Shown piece by piece: positions 27,283 to 33,688 of a stretch of DNA of 33,688 bases. The translations under genes were made by a program, and so were the position numbers. The first letter of the stretch is position 1. The number at the start of each line of letters is the position of its first letter. A model generated the notes under the pieces. The model saw only the letters and a program-made list of their open reading frames with translations. It was not told where the DNA came from and made no database searches. The stretch comes from Bacteroidota bacterium (GTDB lineage: Bacteria; Bacteroidota; Bacteroidia; B-17B0; Aurantibacillaceae): contig JANYGR010000315.1 of assembly GCA_025359355.1 (NCBI GenBank), positions 1 through 33,688 of the forward strand, written 5' to 3'.

Positions 27283-27750
27283 ATGAAAAAACGATTTTCA
27301 CTCAAAAAAATTAGTTTAATTCTCGCTATCACATTATTATTTATTCAATCCTTCCGTATTGATAAATCTACCAAACCAGTTGATGCTTCAAAAGATTTAA
27401 TTTCTTTAACAATTCCAAACGCGGAAGTAACTCAATTATTAAAAACAGCTTGTTACGATTGTCATTCCAACCAACCCACCTTTCCATGGTATACTAATAT
27501 TGCGCCTGTATCTTGGTGGATTAAACATCATATAGATGAAGGTAGTCATCACCTTAATTTCTCTGAATGGGGAACTTATGAATTAAAAAGAAAAAATCAC
27601 AAACTTGATGAGTGCGTTGAAATGCTTGAAAAATATGAAATGCCCATGTCTTCCTATACATGGATGCACCAAGAAGCAAAACTAACGGATGCCCAGCGTT
27701 TATTGTTAGCAGAGTGGTTTAAAGGTTTAAAAGAAAACAGTCCTTCATAA
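27283..27750 (+). CDS. heme-binding domain-containing protein (c-type CXXCH)
   Basis: 155 aa with an N-terminal anchor or signal. CYDCHS is a CXXCH motif, followed by WYTNIAPVSWWIKHHIDEG..HLNFSEW, typical of the Haem_bd family. Confidence 0.8.
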   Translation: MKKRFSLKKISLILAITLLFIQSFRIDKSTKPVDASKDLISLTIPNAEVTQLLKTACYDCHSNQPTFPWYTNIAPVSWWIKHHIDEGSHHLNFSEWGTYELKRKNHKLDECVEMLEKYEMPMSSYTWMHQEAKLTDAQRLLLAEWFKGLKENSPS

Positions 27751-27757
27751 TTTTTTT

Positions 27758-28116
27758 TTACATCTCTGTTTTTACTCCAAACTCCTGAGCTTTTATAGCT
27801 AATTGCAATTCCAGTAAATCTTTTTTTCTTATAACAAACGTATCGCTCCATTTGTCGTGCCACCCCAATTCGCTTAAACAAGACAAGGATTCAAAAGGAA
27901 CAATTCGGCTATACGACCTACCAACAATTTGCTTTAAAGTTGGTTTTTTTCGTATTCATTTACCACAACTCTTCCTAACATTAATTTAGCAGGTGAGTTT
28001 TGTAATCCATATTCAAAAATAATATAATAGCCAGGATATAAAACGAACCAAAAGATTAATCCGTTTAATATATTAATTAAAAATAAAAAAAGGTTATTTT
28101 TTAATACAAGTAACAT
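27758..28116 (-). pseudogene. RDD-family-like membrane protein gene interrupted by a 1-nt frameshift in a homopolymer (T7 on the plus strand, 27944-27950)
   Basis: The 60-aa ORF (28116-27934) ends ...NSPAKLMLGRVVVNEYEKNQL*. The adjacent frame is open from 27955 to the stop at 27758 and reads IRKKPTLKQIVGRSYSRIVPFESLSCLSELGWHDKWSDTFVIRKKD.... An A8 run instead of A7 on the coding strand would fuse them into a roughly 124-aa protein. That protein would carry RDD-like GK.l.G.rVV and HD...T.V motifs. Confidence 0.5.
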
Positions 28117-28633
28117 TTATGTTAATTGTTACATTATCTGAAAGAATGAAACTGGAAGTGCCTACCTTAAAATCTAAGCGATTAAGGGTAAAATTACCTG
28201 CAAATTTTGCTTGGCCGTTTTGTTCGGTATACATAAAAATGATCGGAATAATTTTACTCACGCCTTTAACAGTTAATGTAAAAAGGCCTTTAAACCTTCC
28301 GTCTGGCTCTTTTGTAAAAGAAACGGCGCTCATATATATTTTATCAAACTTTTCTACCGAAAAGTATTCTTCTTTTTTTAAATGCCCGTCTCGGGTTGAA
28401 TTATCTGTGTTTATGGTATTTGCATAAATGTTTACATCTATTTTATTGCCGGAGTTTTTGGTTGCATCAAACTGAATAGTACCGTTTAATCCACCAAAAA
28501 ATCCATTAACTGTAAAACCTGCATTTTTTATTTTAAAACTTATGTTCGACGAAGAAATTTGCCATGCTTGATTTTGTGCAGTTCCGTTTAGAACAAAAAA
28601 TATAAGTAGAATAGAAAAAATTATTTTTTTCAT
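28094..28633 (-). CDS. YceI family (polyisoprenoid-binding) periplasmic protein
   Basis: 179 aa with signal peptide. ISFKIKNAGFTVNGFFGGLNGTIQFD and NSTRDGHLKKEEYF are typical YceI-like motifs. Confidence 0.85.
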   Translation of the reverse strand: MKKIIFSILLIFFVLNGTAQNQAWQISSSNISFKIKNAGFTVNGFFGGLNGTIQFDATKNSGNKIDVNIYANTINTDNSTRDGHLKKEEYFSVEKFDKIYMSAVSFTKEPDGRFKGLFTLTVKGVSKIIPIIFMYTEQNGQAKFAGNFTLNRLDFKVGTSSFILSDNVTININVTCIKK

Positions 28634-28643
28634 AATTATAAAG

Positions 28644-29774
28644 TTAGAAAGATTTTCCGTGTGTTAAAGCAATTATTTTTTGAGTAAACGAAGGCAATTT
28701 ATTTAAAGCTTTCAACGTAAAATGAGTTGTATGTTTTTTGCCGAATAAATATTGTAAATAATAACCAGTTTTTATACGCGTGTTAAAATTTTTATTCCAC
28801 TCATTATTATACTTATGTATTAATTCTTGTTTTGAAATAGCGCCATTAAAATAAATAACTAACAAATTTGATGCTAGTTTAGAGGCTTTCATAGCAATAC
28901 TCATCCCATTTCCGCAAAGCGGAGTGATAGAACCTGCCGCATCACCAACTAAAAGAAAAGGATTTTTATATGTGTCTTTTTTTTGAAAAAAAACATTACT
29001 GATAACTAATGGTGCATCGTAAAGAAATTCAGACTCGGTAAAATATTTTTTTAAAAAAGGGTTTTTAAACAAAATAGTTTCTTCCATTTTTTTGATGTCG
29101 TTTCCCGCTTGTTGCAGGTTTTTGGAGCTAGATAAATAACACAAGCAATGCGTATCGTTATCTACTTTAGAAACACCGCAATAACCATCTTTAAAGTTGT
29201 GTAACTCTATTCTATTTGAATTTAAATTAGTTTTAATATGATACTTCACTCCAATGTAATTTAACTTTTTTGACTTTTGTATTTCGTCATCCTTTACAAA
29301 AGCAGGCGTGTATTTCCCGTATGTTCCGCAAACAAATTCAGCCGTATAATGGCCAAGCGATGTATTTATTTGATAACTATTTTCTATTTTTTTTACGTCA
29401 AATACTTTACAATTATCTAATACGGTTATGTTTTTTGTAAGAGCTAATTCATATAAATAATTATCTAAACTATATCTACTAATGCCAAAACCTCCAAGGG
29501 GCAGTACACTATTTAACATAAATCCATTTTCGGAAGAAATGCCTAATTCGTTTATTTTTGGAAGATTCATATCCGCCAAAGGCAAGCCCAATTCAGTTAG
29601 AAAATTCCAACTTTCCATAGATATGTATTCGCCGCAAACTTTATGAAAAGGGTATTTGTTTTTCTCAAACAATATCACGTTGATTCCCTTATCCGCCAAT
29701 TGAATAGCCAAGCACAAACCCGCTAAGCCACCGCCAATTATAGCGCATTGATATGTTTTATGATTCATTTCCAT
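28644..29774 (-). CDS. FAD-dependent oxidoreductase / monooxygenase (geranylgeranyl-reductase / UbiH-like fold)
   Basis: N-terminal dinucleotide fold AIIGGGLAGLCLAIQLADKGINVILFEK and GDAAGSITPLCGNGMS motif. The track start (29780) is a TTG; ATGs at 29774 or 29768 are more likely. Either way the start overlaps the methyltransferase stop. Confidence 0.85.
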   Translation of the reverse strand: MEMNHKTYQCAIIGGGLAGLCLAIQLADKGINVILFEKNKYPFHKVCGEYISMESWNFLTELGLPLADMNLPKINELGISSENGFMLNSVLPLGGFGISRYSLDNYLYELALTKNITVLDNCKVFDVKKIENSYQINTSLGHYTAEFVCGTYGKYTPAFVKDDEIQKSKKLNYIGVKYHIKTNLNSNRIELHNFKDGYCGVSKVDNDTHCLCYLSSSKNLQQAGNDIKKMEETILFKNPFLKKYFTESEFLYDAPLVISNVFFQKKDTYKNPFLLVGDAAGSITPLCGNGMSIAMKASKLASNLLVIYFNGAISKQELIHKYNNEWNKNFNTRIKTGYYLQYLFGKKHTTHFTLKALNKLPSFTQKIIALTHGKSF

Positions 29775-30453
29775 ATACAATGACTTCGTGTCTAAATGCC
29801 CATTTATTTTTTACCGAACACTTTGTAACACCTGCTTTAATAAGAATATTAATCCATTCATGCTTTTTAAAACCACGTGCAACCGAAAGTGCCGCATCGT
29901 TTTTTACTAAATAGGATTTAGAAAATAATTTTGTTAAAATTTTAATAGCGTAATAGGCAAACGCATTTCTTTCAAGATCGTTTATAATTAAAATCGCTTT
30001 ATTTTTCTTTGCAAACCTCACCAACTCTATCAATTCTGCTTCCGATAAATGATGGCAAAACAAACACGCATGAATAACATCTACTTGTTTAAGATGATCG
30101 AAAATATTTCTATAATCATCGCAAATATATTGTATCGCCTCACCTGATGTGTTTTGAGTAGCATATTCAATGCATATTGGTTTTATATCTACGCCAAATA
30201 AATTAAACTGTTGTTTGTTTTTCTTTGCCCAATTATTAATGTGTTTTAAAGTATCACCGCCACCACAACCAATATCAACTAACGAATAAGTAGTGTTTGG
30301 TTTAATTATTTTTTTAAGTGCAGAAAAACTAATGTTATATCCACCCAGTAAGGTATTAATTGTGTCTAATTCTTTTATGTTTTGAAACAAATCTTCTTTC
30401 AAAATATCATCTCCATCTAATAATTCTTTTAATTGACTTCGGTGTTTAAGCAT
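29758..30453 (-). CDS. class I SAM-dependent methyltransferase
   Basis: 231 aa with motif I LVDIGCGGGD. Its ATG overlaps the PKS stop by 8 nt (ATGCTTAA). Confidence 0.85.
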   Translation of the reverse strand: MLKHRSQLKELLDGDDILKEDLFQNIKELDTINTLLGGYNISFSALKKIIKPNTTYSLVDIGCGGGDTLKHINNWAKKNKQQFNLFGVDIKPICIEYATQNTSGEAIQYICDDYRNIFDHLKQVDVIHACLFCHHLSEAELIELVRFAKKNKAILIINDLERNAFAYYAIKILTKLFSKSYLVKNDAALSVARGFKKHEWINILIKAGVTKCSVKNKWAFRHEVIVYGNES

Positions 30454-31528
30454 AACTAAGTTGCATAGTTTCTATACTTAAACCCGGACCAAACGCTGCC
30501 GAAAAAATGGTTTCTCCTTTTTTAGGATGTAGATTTTTATCTACTATTTGTTTTAAAACAAACAATACAGTTGGTGATGACATATTGCCATAATTCTTTA
30601 GCACATCATACGATTCGGATGCCTTTGACTTATCTAAATTCAGCGTTTCAAAAAAATCATCTACAATTTTTTTACCTCCCGGATGTATAGCCCAATGATT
30701 TATTAAGGTTGTATCAATTTTTAAAGAGTCCATCATTAACTTAATGTTTTCTTTAATTAAAGTAGATACATAAGAAGTCAGATTCATGATAAATCCAGTT
30801 TCTGATAATTGCCAAGCCATATCATTATAGCCGTTATGAAGTATTAACGAATTAAACGAATTTATTTTTAATACATGATTGCTTTCAGGAGCTTTTGCCG
30901 TTACTAAGGCTGCTGCACAGCCATCGGCAAACAACATGTTAGAAAGCAGGTAATCATCATTGAATTTTTTTTGAAAATGCAGTGTGCATAATTCGGTACA
31001 CACAATTAACACCTTCGCGTTTATTTCACTCTTGCAAATCATGTCAGCATTTTTTAAGGCTAATATAGCTGCATTACATCCCATAAAATTAATGCTGCTT
31101 CGGCTAATACTTGGATTTAGATTTAAATTTCTTATCAATTCAATATCTAAACCCGGCGCAAACATACCGGTACAAGTTACTGTAATTAAGTGGGTAATAG
31201 ATTGTTTTATTGCATCTATACTTTTAATCTTTTTAACTGCATTTACTGCTAGTTTAATGGCTTCTTCTCTGTATATAGTCATTCTTTTTGACAAAGAAGG
31301 TTCTGGAGTTAGTGATTGGTTTTTTTCGTAAAACTCAAATTTATCGTACGGTAAACTATAATCTTTTAAAACCGAATAACGAGTTTCTATACTAGCTTTA
31401 TCAGATATGATTTTTATTTTTCGTTTAATTGAATCATCTTCTGTTGCATTAGAAAAAAACTCGGCAAATGCTTTTTTAGTATGACAATGCTTAGGTACTA
31501 CGGTTTCTATGGCGACTATATAACTCAC
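30446..31528 (-). CDS. type III polyketide synthase (chalcone/stilbene synthase superfamily)
   Basis: 360 aa with a GTG start. Catalytic triad contexts are present: VTCTGMFAPGLD (Cys), IHPGGKKIVD (His), YGNMSSPTVLFVL (Asn). The start overlaps the UbiA stop by 1 nt (TAGTG). Confidence 0.9.
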   Translation of the reverse strand: MSYIVAIETVVPKHCHTKKAFAEFFSNATEDDSIKRKIKIISDKASIETRYSVLKDYSLPYDKFEFYEKNQSLTPEPSLSKRMTIYREEAIKLAVNAVKKIKSIDAIKQSITHLITVTCTGMFAPGLDIELIRNLNLNPSISRSSINFMGCNAAILALKNADMICKSEINAKVLIVCTELCTLHFQKKFNDDYLLSNMLFADGCAAALVTAKAPESNHVLKINSFNSLILHNGYNDMAWQLSETGFIMNLTSYVSTLIKENIKLMMDSLKIDTTLINHWAIHPGGKKIVDDFFETLNLDKSKASESYDVLKNYGNMSSPTVLFVLKQIVDKNLHPKKGETIFSAAFGPGLSIETMQLSYA

Positions 31529-32427
31529 TAATTTTTATTTATAAAATATAATGTAATAAAACAGGCGTTCATACAAATTGCTGCAATGCTATTCATGCGC
31601 ATGGTGTTTTTAAAATTTGCTTCGCTGTTATTTTTGTAAACCATATAAAACCAATATGCAAAATAAGCAACTATAGGAAAAAAGAATAGTTGAATGATAT
31701 AAAAATTCATTTCACGATTTATTAAATTAAAATGTAAAAAATAAAATACGTTGCATATAAAAAACATACAAGCTGTAAAAATAAATGTACCGATATAACC
31801 CAGCTTATAACTTAATGTAATCACGCCATCATTATAATCTTGTTTGTGCTGATACACTTGGGTTAACGGGTAAGCACCTGCAATTTGAAATGAGCAACCC
31901 AGCAATAAAAACAAGGTAGCTTTATGGATGGTTAATACGTGGTTTGCAACACCTAAATATGCTGTATAATAGGTAAATGCACCTTGGAAAAAAACTACAA
32001 GCAGAAATCCATAATACGGATATTTTTTTATCCTAATTTGTTTTGAACTATATGCCCGAGATGCCAAAATGTAACCTAAAATGCACAATGCAAAGAGTGG
32101 ATTAATTAAAATAAAAGATAAAATCACAGATAATAAATCCATTGCCAACGTTGTGTAAAATAGTTTTTTTGTCGGCATAGGAGGTTTTTCTAAACCCCCT
32201 ATTGGGCCCTCGTCTCTATCAATATAGCTATTGTATCCATTGCTGGCAGGATACACCAAAAAATGTATAATAAAAAAAGAAAAGCATGCTTTGTAAATTA
32301 CTACTTCTGTAGATTGGCTAAGTGCAAATAAAAACAAAGGCATTAAAAAAAAAGAGAAAGGAAATCTCAGTAATTTTATTGTATTTTTATCAAACAGCAT
32401 ACATACAAATTTACGTATATAAACCAT
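31528..32427 (-). CDS. UbiA family prenyltransferase (membrane-embedded)
   Basis: 299 aa, 8-9 hydrophobic helices. First Asp-rich motif region ASNGYNSYIDRDEG, second acidic motif YQHKQDYNDG. The true start may be the internal ATG at 32400 (MLFDKNTIKLLRFPF...). Confidence 0.75.
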   Translation of the reverse strand: MVYIRKFVCMLFDKNTIKLLRFPFSFFLMPLFLFALSQSTEVVIYKACFSFFIIHFLVYPASNGYNSYIDRDEGPIGGLEKPPMPTKKLFYTTLAMDLLSVILSFILINPLFALCILGYILASRAYSSKQIRIKKYPYYGFLLVVFFQGAFTYYTAYLGVANHVLTIHKATLFLLLGCSFQIAGAYPLTQVYQHKQDYNDGVITLSYKLGYIGTFIFTACMFFICNVFYFLHFNLINREMNFYIIQLFFFPIVAYFAYWFYMVYKNNSEANFKNTMRMNSIAAICMNACFITLYFINKN

Positions 32428-32759
32428 TTTCTTCTGCTATATTTTCAACTTTTATGCCAATAGCAATTAAAATCATAACAACTGGAACCGCAAGAACTAT
32501 CGTAAACATATAATTAAAATAAAAGATCTAACATATAATTTCCAACCTCGGTCAACCAGTAATGGTAAAAACTTCCCTAAACCTCGTAAAAGTTTTTTCT
32601 CAAAAGTGTCCCGCTCTTATGGCACCTTTCACACGAGTGTTTTTATATACGTTTCCTATCCTTTTGTGATTTTAGTTTTCGTATTCATACCCCATTTATA
32701 AACATTTATATTACTAAATCAAACGAGTAGCGATTTATAGGTAATGAAGCCATAAAATA

Positions 32760-32791
32760 TTTGCATGCCTACCATAAAAGTGGTATTTTTG
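32760..32791 (+). promoter_or_regulatory. putative Bacteroidota sigma-A type promoter for the suf operon
   Basis: TTTG (-33-like) at 32760-63, a 20-nt spacer, then TATTTTTG matching TAnnTTTG (-7 element) at 32784-91. It lies about 68 nt upstream of the 32859 ATG. Confidence 0.4.
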
Positions 32792-32858
32792 TATTCAATT
32801 TAGATTTAATCTAATTAAGAATAAGAACCAATTAACTAACCATTAATTACTTAGGAAA

Positions 32859-33185
32859 ATGATAACAGTAAGTAACGCCGCAAAAGAGCACGCTATCAAT
32901 TTAATCAAAGAAGAAAATAAACCAGTAGATACTTTCATTCGAGTGGGTGTAGATGGAGGGGGTTGTTCAGGATTAATGTACAATTTAGTGTTTGATAATA
33001 TATTAAAAGAAGGTGATCAATTATTTGAAGATAATGGCGTAAAAGTAGTGGTTGATCGTAAAAGCTTTTTATACTTAGTAGGTACCGAATTAGATTATAG
33101 TGGCGGATTGAACGGTAAAGGATTTATTTTCAAAAACCCAAATGCAACACGCTCTTGTGGTTGTGGCGAATCATTCTCAGTTTAA
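32859..33185 (+). CDS. sufA: iron-sulfur cluster assembly accessory protein (HesB/IscA/SufA family)
   Basis: 108 aa. GGGCSG and C-terminal CGCGESF cluster-ligand motifs. Immediately upstream of sufB. Confidence 0.85.
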   Translation: MITVSNAAKEHAINLIKEENKPVDTFIRVGVDGGGCSGLMYNLVFDNILKEGDQLFEDNGVKVVVDRKSFLYLVGTELDYSGGLNGKGFIFKNPNATRSCGCGESFSV

Positions 33186-33194
33186 ATATTCCAA

Positions 33195-33247
33195 GTTTCT
33201 TGTTTCTAGTTATTGTTAACACGAAACACGAAACGTCTAACTAGAAA
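33195..33247 (+). promoter_or_regulatory. two mutually exclusive hairpins in the sufA-sufB spacer
   Basis: Helix A: GTTTCTTGTTTC (33195-206) pairs with GAAACACGAAAC (33223-34), 12 bp with 1 mismatch. Helix B: TTTCTAGTTA (33203-12) pairs with TAACTAGAAA (33238-47), 10 bp perfect. They share nt 33203-06. Helix B ends 7 nt before the sufB ATG. Confidence 0.35.
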
Positions 33248-33254
33248 TTAAAAG

Positions 33255-33688
33255 ATGGCAAACGAAATATTAGAAGAACATATTAATAAGGATTACGAGT
33301 GGGGTTTTACAACCAACATTGATGCAGATGAAGCTCCTAAAGGGTTAAACGAAGACATTATTCGTTTTATTTCAGCTAAAAAAAATGAGCCAGAATGGAT
33401 GTTAGAATTCCGTTTAAAAGCATTTCGTAATTGGCAAAATATGGTAGAGCCTACTTGGGCTCATGTGTCGTATAAAAAACCTGATTTTCAAGATATCATT
33501 TATTACTCTGCACCTAAACCAAAAAAAGAATTGGCGAGCTTAGACGAAGTAGATCCTGAATTATTAAAAACCTTTGAAAAGCTTGGTATTTCTTTAGAAG
33601 AACAAAAACGCTTAAGTGGTGTGCAAAGCAATATTGCTGTTGACATTGTATTTGATAGTGTTTCGGTAAAAACAACCTTTAAAGAAAC
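33255..33688 (+). CDS. sufB: Fe-S cluster assembly protein SufB, partial (N-terminal about 144 codons; continues beyond the window)
   Basis: Translation [18 protein letters not shown]...[34 protein letters not shown] closely parallels the E. coli SufB segment [31 protein letters not shown]. The frame stays open to the window end. Confidence 0.9.
   Translation, partial: MANEILEEHINKDYEWGFTTNIDADEAPKGLNEDIIRFISAKKNEPEWMLEFRLKAFRNWQNMVEPTWAHVSYKKPDFQDIIYYSAPKPKKELASLDEVDPELLKTFEKLGISLEEQKRLSGVQSNIAVDIVFDSVSVKTTFKE

Noticed and set aside
27654-27881. 75-aa minus-strand ORF from the track (TTG start)
   Set aside because: It overlaps the 3' end of the heme-binding protein gene. It is a shadow frame of the C-terminal half of the frameshifted RDD-like gene, whose alternative frame gives family-like motifs (GWHDKWSDTFVI).
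32590-32650. GC-richer patch with AAGAGCGGGAC on the minus strand, superficially reminiscent of the GAAAG-GGGAC core of c-di-GMP-I (GEMM-I) riboswitches
   Set aside because: The flanking conserved elements (GCAAA tetraloop-receptor region, CAAAGCC..CCGG) are absent, and no matching two-hairpin architecture can be drawn. It is retained only as part of the long-intergenic-region finding.
1-33688. Scan for CRISPR arrays, tRNA/rRNA genes, transposases, integrases, phage or toxin-antitoxin and defence-system genes
   Set aside because: I found no regularly spaced direct repeats, no tRNA-like T-loop or acceptor structures, and no recombinase, nuclease or defence-type proteins among the ORFs. The window looks like core chromosome plus envelope-related accessory clusters rather than a mobile or defence island.

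Overview
AT-rich chromosomal segment with Bacteroidota hallmarks: type IX secretion (T9SS) type-B C-terminal sorting domains, PorP/SprF genes and a TTTG / TAnnTTTG promoter. I count about 33 protein-coding genes, two decayed genes, and no rRNA, tRNA, CRISPR array, transposase or integrase. Left to right the window holds: a partial secreted-protein gene; pyruvate kinase; a sugar MFS transporter; an RlmI-like methyltransferase; and a T9SS surface-protein island at 5.4-15.8 kb. The island runs SBBP/PKD adhesin - PorP/SprF - (opposite-strand ORF plus a PorP/SprF gene relic) - PKD adhesin - PorP/SprF - PorE-like OmpA protein. Next come small membrane proteins, a 125-nt structured intergenic element, a DUF3109-like Cys-rich protein and an AhpD-like protein. 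These are followed by an MBOAT plus two SGNH hydrolases (a glycan O-acetylation set), a PAP2-like / SDR / CapA operon, deoxynucleoside kinase, an orphan SiaB-like GHKL protein, a CXXCH heme-binding protein and a frameshifted RDD-like gene. The window ends with a tightly overlapped five-gene operon (UbiA prenyltransferase - type III PKS - methyltransferase - FAD oxidoreductase - YceI) and the start of a suf Fe-S operon (sufA-like, sufB partial). The best candidate for an uncharacterised system is the UbiA/type III PKS/MT/FAD/YceI operon, which may make a prenylated phenolic-lipid or quinone-like compound. Secondary candidates are the duplicated cargo/PorP modules with a PorP relic, the MBOAT + 2x SGNH set, and several unexplained RNA-structure elements. 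All family calls come from motif reading by eye; no database searches were run.
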